This document shows, one piece after another, positions 25,925 to 40,746 of a DNA stretch of 64,000 bases (position 1 is the first letter of the stretch; each line of letters starts with the position of its first letter). The stretch is from Lama glama (lineage: Eukaryota): positions 38,814,001 to 38,878,000 of the forward strand of contig CM052817.1 of NCBI GenBank assembly GCA_028534125.1, written 5' to 3'. The notes beneath the pieces are model-generated. The model worked only from the letters and a program-made list of their open reading frames with translations. It did not search any database and was not told where the DNA came from. The position numbers and the translations under genes were made by a program.

Positions 25925-27254
25925 ATTTCCTTGTGGTTTCAGCTGCTATTAATTACAACAGGGTGTATGAGAGTAAATATATCAAAGAAAAACAGATTTA
26001 TGCTCCAAAACAGCTAATTTAAACGTAGGGTCTTGGGGAAATTTTTAAATTTGACACAGATTACATCTAATGGTCAGAATATCATTATTTCATTGAAAAC
26101 AAAGGTGAGGTGAAGTTTTACTTGAAAATTAATATGATTGAAACTAATAGCCAGGAGTGGCATATCCAAATTTTTCATGTATTATTCATATCTTTTGTAT
26201 TGCCTGAGCCATTCTCAGTTTACACACTCACAGGTTTTAAAATTAGAATTGCAGAATAACTTTTAAGTAAATCCCTATTCTTCATCCTGTTAGGGTACTA
26301 TTTTCTAGAAAAACAGAACCAAATCAACATTCATAAAAAGGAGAAAAATTTCCTCAGGACTCCACTCTCTTGATATTATCCAGCAGTTACAGGAAGTAGA
26401 TTTGACTTTTTGGCTACAGTTTCTTGGAACACAGTTTGCTGACCTATGTTTCTGAATATTTATTTGACAACGTATCAGAATTCCATTGTTTCACTTTAAA
26501 ATATTAGTGCCAGATATTGTTCTGTTTTCATACTTTTTTCATGCCCTGTATCTTACTGTATTAAGGGGTTTAATATATAAGCTATTACTGTACTACCTCA
26601 TAAAAGTTAACAGAAAATTCAGAGAATATTCATATCTAATACATTTGAATGATTTTTCTTTTTAATAGAATTTTTATTTAATTGTCCATCAGGCAGCTCA
26701 AACCTTCTGAAATTATAGCTCCAGGTCCAAAGGGGAAAGTTAATGAGACTCCCTCCTAAGCCCCAGCACAAGTCCTGAAATTGAGTCTCATTACCTCTGA
26801 CTGGGCTGGGAGCTCACTCTTGAGCAGCTAAAGACCCCAAGTTTGGGACTTTGAGTTGGAGAGAGTGGCAGTTCCTCAAAGGAATAGAGTAGATGCTGAA
26901 CCGGGAAAAAAATGAAACATGTACAAAGCATTTGAATGTGGTACACATCAGTGTTTCATTATGTTCACTTATAATTCACCTTTGGAGAATGCTACTGTCT
27001 TCCTGGGGATACCACTTTCAAAGAGACAAATGCAGAGAGATGCAGAAAGACATACCCCTAACATTCCAGAAATACTCAATCCATTACAATAATCTATGTT
27101 GCAGGAATGTTCTAGCCAGACTACTTACGAACCCAACCAAATAATGTAATTTTAAATAAGTAGATTAGAGAAAGGTCCTATGTCTTTGTCATGCTCATCT
27201 TCATAACAAATCATCTTCCCCCTTGAAATCACACACTTTAAAAACTACTATTTT

Positions 27255-28380
27255 GCATATAAGAGCAAAAGCTATAAAACTCTTAAAAAAAAACATAGAG
27301 GTAAATCTTCATGACCTTCAAGAGTACAAGAAAAAGGAACAAAAAAAAAGATAAATTGGACTTTATCAGAATTTAAAACTTCTGCATCCAAGAGTGTTAC
27401 AAAGAAACTGAAAAGAAAACCTACAAATCAAAGAAAATATTTGCAAGTGATATCTCTTATGAGGATCTAGTATTCAGAATATAAATAACTCTACAACTCG
27501 ACAGCAGTAAGATAAGCAACCCAATTAAAGGGGAAAAGGACCTTAACAGACATTTCTCCAAAGAAGCCAATAAATGGCCAATAAGCATATGAAAAGATGC
27601 TTAACATCATTAGTCCTTAGGGAAATGCAAATCAAAACCACAGTGAGGTGCCACTTCACATCCACTAGAATGTCTGTAATGAAAAAAACCCCACACAAAT
27701 GGAAAATGACAAGGGCTGGTAAGGATGTGGAGAGAGTAGAACCTTCACGTATTGCTGGTCAGAATGTAAAGTGGTTCAGCACTATGAGAAGCAGTTTGGT
27801 GTTTCCTCAAAAAGTGAAACATTGAATTGCCGTATGACCAATTAATTCTACTCCAAGAATTGTCTAAAAGAACTAAAAATAGGAACTAAACAAAGACTTG
27901 TACACACACATTCTTAGCAGCAGCATTCATGATAGCCAGGTGGTAGAAACAGCCCACATATCTATCAGTGGATAAACAAATTGTGGAATATACATATAAT
28001 GGAATATTATTCAGCCATAAAAAGATATGAAGCAATGATAAACACAACAGTGTGAATGAACGTCAAAAACACTACAGTAAGTGAAAGAAGCCAGACATAA
28101 AAGGTCACATAATACATGGTTCCATTTGCACGGTCTGTCCAGAATGGGTCAGTCCTTAGAGACAGAACTTACATTGGTGGTTACCAGGGATCAGGGGGTT
28201 CAGGGGGTTGAAAGAATGGGGAGCAGCTGCTTAATTGGCTTCAGATTTCTTTTGGTTGTAATGAAAATATCTTAGGACTGGATGGACAATATTGTGCACT
28301 GAAATGCCATGGAATTTGTTCACTTTAAAATGGTTAATTTTATGTTACATGAATTTTACCTCACTATGAAGAAAACCAAA
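27255..28380 (+). mobile_element. L1 3' fragment (ORF2 C-terminus remnant + L1MB-like 3' UTR)
   Basis: ORF 27574-27825 [23 protein letters not shown] is L1 ORF2 C-terminal; ends ttcactttaaaatggttaattttatgttacatgaatt. Confidence 0.9.
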
Positions 28381-30182
28381 CAAAACACTGTCTCTCCACC
28401 TAGAAAAGATAGTAAATGATATAGAAGAAAGAGCACTTAGGTTTTTTCCCCTGACTCTGGAACGAGTAACGTTCACCAATGGTCTTCTTTTTACACCCTT
28501 GGATATAGATGGAGAGGTACTAACTACACAGCAGCAGAACCAGACCAGGAGTTTTCTACAGACTGTTCCCTTTGACATTTTTAAATTGCAGATAGCGCTG
28601 ATGAAATAAAATTACATCACACAGTATTCAGGGATTATGAGCAAATTTTTGAAAAGTAGATTGTATCTCAGGTACCCTGGGGATTATTACTTGCTTCTTA
28701 TTATCAAAAAATTGGGCCCAGAGGGCATTTCAAGGTAGGTAGAGTAAGGGTGTGAAAGAAGGGGGAAGAGCTGTAATAACTTGATTGTTTCATTTTTTTA
28801 ATTATATGGTAATTTTTCCAACTAAGTCAAGACATTCCTTTAAACAGTAAAGTAATTTTTTTATCTCTCACTTAATATCACATTGTAAATAAGCCATCAG
28901 ATTACAATGATGAAAACAAGATTGCTTCTCGGGAAATATTTTTATTGGCCCCTACTTGGAACTGCCTTTGTGTTCTAAAATTTGAACAATTGTACTTCTC
29001 TATGAAAAATTTCAAATACAGCTATTTATCTAACCAACCACTGTTAAGCTAGTGAGTCAACATTATTATTTATAAAGTCATATTTTACAATGATCATCTG
29101 ATTTGTACCTAAGAAAACTCTGTAAGCTGAAGTTTTTTATGTTATTTCAAAAAAAGAAGGAAAAAAATCCATTTCCTTAGATGCTAGTCCCATTTAATGT
29201 GTTTTGTTGTCAATAGATTTCATAGTAAATGATTTATTTAATATTTTAGAGGTTATCTGGCTATGGCTTAAAAATAGCAGTTTTATGAGCAATAAATATA
29301 ACTTGTTTATGAATTATATCAATTTGAGGTTTTTGTTTATGCCAGGTAGCCCCCCTAGTCTTTCCAAATGTTTTTTCTGTTGAATAATTCAACAGCAAAA
29401 AGTTATAGTTCCAGACTGTGTTTTTAATGAGCATCCTTGCAGCAACTTACGTGTGGGTTCTGCAGAGCTCTCGCGAGAACTTAGGGATCGTAAACAAGGA
29501 AATTGCGTGTACTGCGGATGTTTTTAGGAGATTGTGGCACTTTAATTTACTCTTAAGCCAAGACTGCGTTCAGACTGAAAATGGCTGAGGAGTTGTGTAT
29601 TTTGCCTCTTCCGTGTGAATGGCAGACGTCTGTCCAAACAGCCGGACGAGAGATTCAGTGTTGGTTAACTGCTCACCAAGCGTTAAGCATTCTGGAACAG
29701 CCTAAGTGAACATTTTAGAGAAATTGTTGATGATTTCCATATGAGCAGTTTAAGGGGACTGAATTGATTTGAGCAGTTTTTACAAACTCAAAACAGTAGC
29801 CCTATAAAATGTTTCATGAAGAAGTCCTGTGGCCAATTAAATGTCAGAAATGTTGTATCGTATCCCTCCTGGAGAAGAGCAGTGCCTCTGAGGAGTCTTG
29901 CAGGAAAGAATCCTGTCTAGCCGCACATAACTCAGCACTTCTTGGAGTCATTTGACTGTGAGGGCCCCTCAGTTTTGCTGACACGTAGTAAATCTCCCTG
30001 AGGGAGCGCTCCAAGGAGCGGGCTTAGGGAAACATCAGAGTAGGTGATCTCTGAGGGTGCTTTCTGCTGGTAAAATTGTGTAGTCCTAGTAATGAATCGA
30101 ACCCACTGTTTCTGTTACTTTAGTGTGAAGTTACGATTTATCTCATTCTTTCATTTTCTTTTTAATGTATCCAATTACACAG

Positions 30183-30274
30183 GCTGTAAACAAAATGGCA
30201 CCAAGCTTGGAGATGTCATCCTTCCTCCCTGGGCGAAAGGGGACCCGCGAGAATTCATCAGAGTGCACCGTGAG
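30183..30274 (+). CDS. WDFY3: WDFY3 BEACH exon CKQNGTKLGDVILPPWAKGDPREFIRVHRE
   Basis: cacag|GC, GAG|gtaatg; 92 nt phase 1/0. Confidence 0.97.
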
Positions 30275-30497
30275 GTAATGCACGTGCACTTAGCAGTTGG
30301 ACTGAGACGTCACTGGGTCACTGACCACTGTACAAAGAGAGGACCTTGAGCCATGTAATACCTGTGTGTCTAAGTTACTAGTGTTCTGTTTGTATGATTT
30401 TTAGTTAGTTTAGTTCCTGTTGACTGCTGGTCAATTCTTTTACTTTCTAAAGAAGGGACAAAAGTCAGCCAGTGACTGAACCTGTGTTTTGAAATGA

Positions 30498-30785
<288 letters not shown>

Positions 30786-32839
30786 TGACCATATAATAAT
30801 TAAGTCTAGACTAACTTTCTAATTAAGAACCACAAATATCACTCAGTAGTTTCAGTAGGTTCCCAGATTATTACTTTCTCCTCCCTTTTACAGTCCAGAT
30901 AAATAGAAATTTTGTTGGTCAAAGAGGATTTTCCCTCGCGGACTAGTGCAGGGCATGCTTTCCTATACCTGCACAAGACATGGCCGGAGGACAGGAGGAG
31001 CTCGGTCAGGGAAGCACACGGAGCCATGGGGGCAGCAGTGCACACCAAGATGGTTTTTCCTGCCAAGTCCAGTAGGAAACCAATGCTGACTTTAAGCGTT
31101 GTCATACAGAGTCATAGTTAGACATTAAAGATCATTCTGGCCACAGTGTCACACATGCATGTCCTATAGGAGAGCCGCCAGCTGAGGAGCAGGAAGCTGT
31201 CATAGTGGTTCAGGGGACAGATAGTGGTGGTTTGGATTAGATTATGGGTGCAGGTCTGATCAGTGCTTTGGTGTGAGAGTGCATTCCATGGGACCACCTA
31301 GGACCGGCCCTGCACTGGGTGCTCCAGCCACCGTCTGGAACCTGGAGAGGAGGACCCAGAGCTCAGCCTCTCACCCAGGTGCTGTAGATCTCTTACCTGC
31401 AGCGGTGAGCAAACCTCTGTTAAGGAACCTCATCCCTTCCTTCATCCCCACTGTCCAGGGCCCACCAGTAGGGTGGGCTGCACCAGAAGAAACTGCAGGA
31501 CACTGCAGAAGGCATGCTGTGCCAGCCATTCAGACCACCATCTTTCTCCCAAGTGCCCTGCTTCTGCATTTTGGCCCCAACTGTCCTCTGTTACTGCATC
31601 AGACATCTCCCCTGGACTCCCTTTTTGTAGGTTAGCCAACTTTGAGGTTCCAGAGTTGGCAGTTGGGAACACAGAACAATGGCAAGTCCTTGTGGAAAAG
31701 CGAAACAGCCCGTAACTGCACCGCTCACAGTGCAGTCTGACCCACAGTGCAGTCTGACCCCCAGTGCAGGAACCATGTTCACTTTTAAAGTGAAATGCTT
31801 GTTGACAAACTCCAATCATAGCTGATAGCTGAAGAACCTTGGTTAAACCTTTCGCTTTCTTGAGGGTTACAAGTACAGGAACCATGTTTCATACCCTCGT
31901 GGAAACAAATCTTCTGACCACAACACATGCACCGCGGCAGGATTTTTGCTCCACTTTTGAGTTTAAGAGGCAGACAGTCTAGGAGACAGAGTTTGGATAC
32001 TAATGTATTTCTAGGACATTCCAGGGACTAACAGAGAGTACGTCCAAGTATAACCATCCTAGAATCATCTAAGCTCTGTGGTCGCCATACTGATACATCT
32101 TTATAAACACTAGCCTGCCCTGCCCTTGGGTCTTCATATAAAGTTCTTCAGTAAATGTTCATGAACATGCTTTAAAGTATGTGGGTCTTTTTATATAACT
32201 TCAGAATCTTGGCTCATTATTAACATTTATAGGAAATAACAGAATCCTGACACTATGCCCTGTACGTAGATAAAATGAGAACTGTATGTTTAAAGGTTTC
32301 AGGGCCTAAAATGTTTATCTTCCTCTATACAAGGCATTTTTTCTATTTTTTCCTTCTGGGAATCCAGAAGGTCAAATTCACAAAGTGTGGTGGTGGTGTA
32401 GTCATCTTAAATCTCATTTTGTATAAGGTTTTCCAGCTATCTTCCTCAAACACCAGTTTCCCAACAGAAATGACTGCCTATTTTGAAGATCAACAATATT
32501 TGAAAAATAGTCATCTTAAATATACACTGAAACACTGAACGGAAATGCCAAAGATACTCTTTTTCTTTTTCCCTCTATGACATCACTAAGTATAAAGAAG
32601 GCAACAATGTTCACACTGTGTGTAGCACCTAAAAGATACAGAAATGATGTCACATAGAGGAGGGCCGCATTGGAGCCAGAAGTAACCCAGTTAGAGGGAA
32701 TGGCCCCTGCCCCCGGGAGCACAGAGTGGTATCAGGCTATAAAGAATTGGTTAATTTTAAACATCCCTAGAAAATAGTTGTCAATCAATTGCAATTTGAG
32801 TAGTTTAATTAACTTTTGAAAATTATCATGAAATCAGTG

Positions 32840-33055
32840 TAGCACAGAGCATGGTGGTAACCCAAGCTTTAGTATCATAGTCCTGTCCCCACTTACTAAG
32901 GTGTGAGATTTCTGGCAACCTTCTGAGCCTCTTGAAATTTCTCTTCCTCAGATGTTATCTGTGGTAATATAATACCTAATGGTTGTTGTGAAGCTTAAGT
33001 GAAATAACAACATAATACCTGCCATACAGAAGGGCCTACTAAATGTTAGCCTTTG
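32840..33055 (+). mobile_element. MIR SINE just upstream of exon 33087
   Basis: ccacttactaaggtgtgag...ggttgttgtgaagcttaagtgaaataac...cctgccatacagaagggcctactaaatgttagc. Confidence 0.6.
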
Positions 33056-33086
33056 TTATAAAATATGTCACCTCCTCTCACCCCAG

Positions 33087-33234
33087 TTATTTAAGAAACC
33101 TCATCCACCAAAGCGAGTGAGGAGCCGACTCAACGGAGACAGTGCAGGACTCTCAGTCCCACCAGGATCCACCAGTGACAAGATCTTTTTTCATCATCTA
33201 GACAACTTGAGACCTTCTCTAACCCCTGTAAAAG
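33087..33234 (+). CDS. WDFY3: WDFY3 exon LFKKPHPPKR...LTPVK (BEACH end)
   Basis: cccag|TTA, G|gtaaaa; 148 nt phase 0/1. Confidence 0.96.
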
Positions 33235-34304
33235 GTAAAATGGCAGGAAATAAGCTTTTTTTCTTTTAAATAAGCGTTTGATTCATGATTCTTTGGGGTT
33301 ATTTAATAATCCTAGTTTAGCAATAGCAAATTTGCTCTTCAACAACAGTGTAATTTGTACTAAGTGCTAAATCACCAAATACTTGCTGGATTTTCTCCTT
33401 TCCCTTTTCTGTCTTCTTCTTTTCACCTGTTGGATTTTGCATCTAAAAAACTCAAACAGGTCTCTCCTCTCTGCTAAGATAGTGAAGACCCTAATAGACC
33501 AAATCTTGCAGCTCAACTTTATATTCCACATGTGGAAAAACTTCTGTCATCTTCATTTACACACATTCTACCAACGTAGGAATAGTAGTAAGAAGACAGC
33601 ATTTTTAATATGCCAACTAAAAGCCTCTGTCTTTCAACTAATGTTATTGTATGTTATCTAAAATTACTTTTCCAAATAGATTCTTTTTCCTTAGAATGAA
33701 AAAATGCTTTGTAATGCCTTGAAGTTGTCACTTAAATCCAAAAATTGGAGCAACAAAGTCTGGTGAATTGGATTGGCTACCAGCTCTTTGTCATTTGCCT
33801 CGTTACACAGACTCTGCCCTGTGCAAGCTCCAGCCACTGCCCGGGGAGGGTTCTGGAGCACTGGTGTGCTCGGCTGAGGTCGGGGCAGAGTGCAGCTTCT
33901 CGGGGAGCATTGTGGCCTCTCTAGACATGGGACGTCTAGGCCTGGGAGGTGCTAAAGACCTGGATTGGTTGCAAGTCTGTGCAGCATTCTGGGGAGCATC
34001 CCAGATCACTCTGCACAGCTCCAGGGGTCAAGAAGGCAGGACTGGGTACTAGGGGCCCAACCCAAGCAAGTGTCCAGAGACAGGAAGGCTGGAGGGAAGC
34101 CCAGTGAAACACTGGTCAGAGTGGACATCTGCCCAGCACATCTGAGGAGAACTCAAAAGCTAAGCCCCCATCTAAAGTCATTTTGTCTTAAAGTAGGTGT
34201 CAGGGTGCTTGATTTGTATATTTGGGATCCCTTTACCATCCCCTATGGGATGATGAAGTTAGTTTTCCCTGTCCCTGTTCTAATGTGTTGATTGTCTTTT
34301 ATAG

Positions 34305-34459
34305 AACTCAAAGAGCCTGTGGGACAAATAGTGTGTACAGATAAAGGCATCCTTGCGGTAGAACAGAATAAGGTCCTTATCCCACCAACCTGGAACAAAA
34401 CTTTCGCTTGGGGCTACGCAGACCTCAGCTGCAGGCTGGGAACCTATGAGTCAGACAAG
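34305..34459 (+). CDS. WDFY3: WDFY3 exon LKEPVGQIVC...TYESDK
   Basis: tatag|AA, AAG|gtttgc; 155 nt phase 1/0. Confidence 0.95.
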
Positions 34460-35390
34460 GTTTGCATTCTTTCTTGCTCACTCATTTAATCTTGCCCCTC
34501 CTTGGTCTGGATTTCCTGCTTAATGGGGATGGGGAGAGCTTAGGCCAAGGGCTTCTCAGCTGTTCCTCCACAGCCCAGAGGGAGGGAGAGCTTCACTGCC
34601 TCACCTCAGGATAAGGTAGTGGACAAGTCATGTTTCCTGCAGAAAAGCCTCTCCTGAAAAGTTGTGTGCGAGGGGCCAGCAGTTTCCCTCCTGTTCAGAG
34701 AAGCCCTCCCAGAGGTCCTAACCAGCCAGGTAGTCAGCATTTCTGCCAACGGAGGAGCCTCCTTTTGAGTCATCATCTGGCCCGCTTGCCGTTTCAGTGC
34801 TCTCAAGTGGCTGTCAGCAAACCTGTCACCCCTTCCCCCAAGAAGCAGCAGCTGCCATTCTGAGCCCCATCAGTATCTCTTGCAAAGGCAGTATGTAGTG
34901 ATCCTCTGGTGCCCAGGGCTTGCCCTCTGACGTCCCCTCCTGAGCGCACCAGGGGCCTGGTCTGTGCGAGTGTGTAACAGGCTTCTGTTCAGTCACGTTC
35001 TCACTGATCAGCTGCCCTCGTGCTTTCCTGTCACATTCTGACTGGCTACGGCAAACGCACCCTGTTACCAGATTACCCCCTGCATCTGACATAGCATCAC
35101 ACACTCTGAACATCATTTTCCAGGACCGGAGAAACTGGAGACCCCCATTATGAGCAAAGTCCTTTTTTTTTTATTTTTAACAGCCACTGTAGTTAGGAGG
35201 CTGTAGGGAATAAATAGTTCAGAGTAGAGCTTCGGTAGGCCTGTAGTTAAGTTGAAGCCAGCCCAGCACATACATGTGCCTGTGAGGGACCTACATAGAG
35301 GTTCTCCTCCACTCAGTATGCTCACTGTGTTTCAGAAGCTTGTAGTGCTTGGTGATGGCATGTGTGTCTCACATCTGTTCTGTCTTACAG

Positions 35391-35549
35391 GCAGTGACTG
35401 TTTATGAATGTTTGTCTGAGTGGGGCCAGATTCTCTGTGCAATCTGCCCCAACCCCAAGCTGGTCATCACGGGCGGAACAAGCACAGTTGTGTGTGTGTG
35501 GGAGATGGGCGCCTCGAAGGAAAGGGCTAAGACCCTCACTCTCAAACAG
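35391..35549 (+). CDS. WDFY3: WDFY3 WD40 exon AVTVYECLSEW...VCVWEM...TLKQ
   Basis: tacag|GCA, CAG|gtaaca; 159 nt phase 0/0. Confidence 0.96.
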
Positions 35550-37509
35550 GTAACAACGTGCAGAAGATGGACACAACATACACACCTCAGTTGCCCACAT
35601 TCCAGAGAAACCAGGAAACGCCCATAATTCCAAGGTGTTTCAGACATAATGGACAAAACCAAATAAATGTATGTTCTTTTGCTGGAAATGGGTCTAAAGT
35701 AAAGGAATGAAATCAGAAGATACTATTTCTGAAAATGATCTAAACTGGTCCTTTTTTAAATCTGAAGCAAGCTGTCTTTAGGTCATATTTTTTATAATAG
35801 CTCCAAGTAATTTAAACGTTTCTCAGAAGTTATATGTAGGTTAAATTTTTGCAAACCAAATTATTTTGGTTTTGGTTCATACCCATTTCCTTTCTGAGTT
35901 ACTTTCATTCATCTAGAGCATTAAATCAAAAGTTCTTTAGTTTTTCTGTTTCTTTTATCGTATTCTTAAGAACATGACAAACTCATGAATGTATTCAGTA
36001 GAACCACTGATGATTTTATTAACAAGTATTTCTGATCACTTGTTATCTGCTATTATAAATTTTTAATCAAAGTAAGAATCCTTTTATAATTAAGCCATCA
36101 TCTTTTAATATTTGATTTGTAAGTGGATTTACCATACAGGTTTAACGAAGTATACATCTAGTTGTTTTTTTATGATGCACATTTGAAAAGTAGTGTAACA
36201 ATGATATCTGCCGTTTATTATTTATCATTATTATATATATATATATGTATCATTATTTCTTTATCATTATTACATATTGAGCACCTGCCATGTTCAGGTC
36301 ACAGTGCTAGAAGTTTAAAAAATGTAAAACTCCAATCCTGCTAATTCTACAGGGTACTCATCATCCCTATTTACACCTAAAAAATCATGGCTTAGAGGTT
36401 AAGACACATCCCCATGTCACAGTGATAAAGCCACGATATGTTTAAAGCCCGGCTCAAGCAAACAGTGGTGTTTTAAATATCTGTGGGAAGAACTGAACCC
36501 CTCATACTTAACACCAGTGTCCACCTGTGTAGTCTAGAAACTTCTTAGGTTGCTGGGTCTGAAAGGGAGCCCCGTAAGAGACAGTCTCGACGTGAACAGA
36601 CACGAGGTTGGCGGTGCAATTTGCTGGTCTGGACGCCCCTGCTGTGACAGTCTTTTCACCTTAGAAAGTGGGCTTTGAAGCTAGTGTGCCTGTAGCCCCT
36701 CGGTAGAAAGTACTCCTTACGTAAAAGAGCCTTCTGGGGTTTGCTAAATCTATAGTAAGGATGTCTGCGTGACCAGAATTTTAGGCTGACAACCCATTAA
36801 TTAAATAGTAAATACTCAGGAATTCCTAACAGTAATCTGAACCTTGTTCTTCAAAAATACTTATCTTCCCACATTGCCATTTCCCCGGATCCTGTTTCTC
36901 TTCGTATTCCAGCAAAAGAGAAAAGTTCTTATGCTAGTTTGAAGTAGGGGTCCCTGGCAGACACATGTCCAGGTGTGTCCAGTTCAGTAACAGACTCATC
37001 ACACACATCAGGCCCACATCTCCCTTATCTTTCTTGGACCACGTACTGCAACAGTGCATTTCTCACCCTTTGTACATTTTTAAAAAATCTGTCCAATTGT
37101 AGTTCCTGAGAATGGATTTAACAGGAGTTGATGGCATTAAAAAAATAGATTCCGGGTTTAAATCCTGTATTTTGGGGGCCCTGATTGTTACATCTCCACA
37201 TAGAAACAGTCTGAAGAAACCCAAGCCAGGTTGCAATTGCTGCTCCCCCTTCCTTCTAAGATCCTGGCCTGAGTCCAGGAAAGAGGTGGTAGAGAGTGAG
37301 ATTAGAGCCTCCCGAGTCCTCCAGATTCCCCTCTTCCCCCCCGTGGGAGGAGGCGGGGACACAGGAGGAGGGTGAGGACTCTGCAGACATACTGCGCAGG
37401 GCCCTCGCTCCCAGCACGAGCGCTGCCCTTTCCTTTGCGTCCGCATCTCCCGGAGCCCCTCCAGGACCGCTCCGCTGTGACCAGCCTGGTTTTTCTCTTC
37501 TCCTCCTAG

Positions 37510-37689
37510 GCCTTACTTGGCCACACGGACACTGTCACCTGTGCCACCGCATCACTAGCCTATCACATAATTGTCAGTGGGTCCCGTGACCGAACCTGCA
37601 TCATTTGGGACCTGAACAAACTGTCGTTCCTAACCCAGCTCCGAGGCCACCGGGCTCCCGTTTCTGCTCTTTGTATCAATGAATTAACA
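37510..37689 (+). CDS. WDFY3: WDFY3 WD40 exon ALLGHTDTVTC...SGSRDRTCIIWDL...NELT
   Basis: cctag|GCC, ACA|gtaagt; 180 nt; GH...WD repeat. Confidence 0.97.
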
Positions 37690-40563
37690 GTAAGTAGTAA
37701 ATTGCCTACTTGGTTTATGTGTCAGAAAAAAAGTAGCTCTGGCTAGTAGAAACAAAAAATGGCTCTATGTGTTTTCTAAGTTGATGGGTACTCATTTTTA
37801 AAAGCCTCTTGACTTACATGTTGTTTGCAAAAGGAAATGAATATTAAACTTTGTAACCCAGAGAGCAGTTGTCTTAGAATCCAATTATGGCAGCATACTT
37901 TAAAGTATTTGGGTCAAATAGAACATTCTAGAATATGCTTTTTAAAAAGCAGATTTGGGGACTTGTTAAAATTGTGTGGACGTTTTTATGAAATATATTC
38001 AAAGTATTTATTATATGAAGTGAAAAGAGTAACATTTGGATACCCAGACAAGAGAATAATTATTGTAAAACTTTTCAAAACAGACCCTAAAGTTATCAGA
38101 GAACAGTATCTCTTCTCAAAAATACAAATAAATACAATGAATCAGAATAGGAGCCCCCCCATGCAGACCAGGCCCCCCTGTGGTGGCAGAGGGGAGGGCA
38201 GTCACTGCTAAGGTGTGTTGGCAAATGGGGAGCTAAGGGTAGATGTGGAAAGACTGAGGTCTCGGTGTCCAAGGGACAAATGATCAGAGTCCTATGTAGG
38301 TGAAGCCCACATACGCAAACCAAAATCCGCCAGAACCCCGCTCCTCCTCATTTCTTAGCTCTGTGCACCCGATCCCACCGTCACCCTCAGCCCTGCCCGG
38401 ATCGTCCTGCATGACACAGGGTAGTTCTAACCGCGTCTCACCATCATCCACGGGCAGCTGTCCTCTTGAGGGATGCTGACTATTACGCTTTTAGTCAGAT
38501 ACCTCGTGGTCACTCAGAGAAAAAGGAAAGGGGAAGTTACTCAGTTCTAGTTAATGGCACTTCGATCGTCTCGTCTTAGTAAGAATCATCAGAGTTGGGA
38601 ATGAGTGGGAGCATGAGGGCTAAAAGAGTCAGATTCTTCTTTTGTTGTATTTGAAAAGCTTAAAATGTGTTTCGAACAGCACCTTGGGTTGGGCGTGCCA
38701 ACACACCTAAGAGGTTTGTGGAAATATCCGTGCAACAGAAGCACCCTGATCCCGGCTGCGTGGCTGAGTCCAATGCTTAGTCGTGCTATTTCAAGCACTT
38801 TGTTTTGGGTTTGTTGTTAACTTAAACCCTGAGAATTTTATTTATCGTTAGCTGTTATTTGAGCCAGTACACACCCATTGGATTGCAGTCGTTGCTGCAG
38901 ACACTACAGACGTACTAGATTCTTCCCTTTTAAGATGCTTTTGTAATCTCTTAGTAACTCGTGGAAAGATTTCCGTTCCTGCTATATTTCTGCCACCACT
39001 GTCAAGGCTGCTTCACTTCACTTTGCATTTTGGGCCTCAGCTACCTTTCAGTTGCCCTTTAATTCTCTGTCTTACTCTCGGCCCTCATAACCACGGGGCT
39101 TGCTCCAGCGCCCTCTAGCCGAGGTGCCCTGGGGTAAGTGAAGAAAGCCTCGCGTGGCACTGCCTCCTGTCTCCTGCAGAGACTGAGGCCGTGAATTAAA
39201 ACTCAGCTGCCGACACTTGCCATCAGAGGCGATGCAGCGGCTGGTACAGAGGTAGGCACGGCAGTGGTTTGCTAAGCATTATTTTTGTTTGGGATTTGGT
39301 TTGGTTCTTGTCTCCTTGGTAGAATAAGAGCCGAGAGAGAACAGATAGCAAGACTGGCACAGACAGTGGTCTGGAAAAGCCCCAGGCCGTCTCGGCAGCC
39401 ACCCCGGCCTCCCCCTTCCCTTCTCTCTTGTGTTGGTGCTGCTGTTCAGTGTCTGGCTTCCCTCTGCTTTTGGTGACCGTCTTCCAGTTTCTGTAGGTTC
39501 TCATGTGCCTCCTGGCTGTACTGGAATTCACCAGGTCATTTCTGAAGTCAGCACCTTTATCGTGACAGCCGGGCTGTCTCAGGGAGGAGACAGGCAGCTT
39601 GGGATGTTGTATAAGCTTTGGGGCCAGAGAGAGCTGGGTTCAGGTCTTCACTCGGTGGTACCAGGCAAGCTAGTTAAGCTCTTTGCATCTCCCTTTCATC
39701 CTCTCTTTAGAGGCTCAGAGCAGCTAAGCTCACAAGATTGCTGTAAGGATGGATGGAATGTGTCGGGCGTCCACCACAGTAACACGCAGTAGATGCTTCA
39801 GGAAGCACCTTAATTCCTTTAGTGCTAGTGGATTATATTCTCACCAGGTTGGGTAGAGCCCAGCCGGGCAGAATTTGAAGGAAAAGCTTGGTTTTTTTTT
39901 CTATCTTCAGAACTCATGAAAACCTGTATTATCAGTTCAGGGAGGCTTAGAGTGTATTCATTTTGCCAAGAAATGGCCTACATACCAGATTTTTCCCCCC
40001 TCATCCTCCCACCCTTATGTGAATACAAATTTTTAAATACAATATTGCAGTGTTATCAAGACTTCATCTGTTCATTTATTGAAGAGAGTTACAGCTGTGT
40101 GTGGACTGAAAGATTTCTACCCTGTGATTTTGGTGATTGGGCTCATTTTATAAAGTTAAGTGTCGGTGGACTCCTTCCTCTAAATCAAAGGTATAAATAG
40201 GTTTTGTAAACAGTGGGAGGAAAAAGAAGTAGTTCATCACCTCCTCGGGTTACAGACAGCTTTGATCTGGAATAAAGCGGACTCTGCAGTGTGCGGGGGC
40301 GGGAGCTGGGAGCACCGAGGGGCTCCTGCCTCTCTCCATTTGCTGGCGCCTTGGTTGTAGCATCCGTGCGACGTCAAATTCCTAAAGAGGCCTCTGTTCA
40401 GGATATTCGTTGAGTCAACTAGCACTGAATTCCAGGCTGCGTCAGAAATCACCCCGTCACCGGTCAAAGGACTGAGAGGGTTTCTGAGAGCTGGGAAGGG
40501 GTTCAGTTTGCTTCTGAAACTAGAGTGTAACCTGGCGTGAATGAAGTTCTCTTCTCCTCTCAG

Positions 40564-40746
40564 GGGGACATTGTGTCCTGCGCTGGCACGTACATCCACG
40601 TGTGGAGCATCAACGGGAACCCTGTCGTGAGTGTGAACACATTCACAGGTAGGAGCCAGCAGATTGTGTGCTGCTGCGTGTCGGAGATGAACGAGTGGGA
40701 CACGCAGAACGTCATAGTCACAGGACACTCGGATGGCGTGGTCCGG
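40564..40746 (+). CDS. WDFY3: WDFY3 WD40 exon GDIVSCAGTYIHVWS...TGHSDGVVR
   Basis: ctcag|GGG, CGG|gtaagt; 183 nt phase 0/0. Confidence 0.97.
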
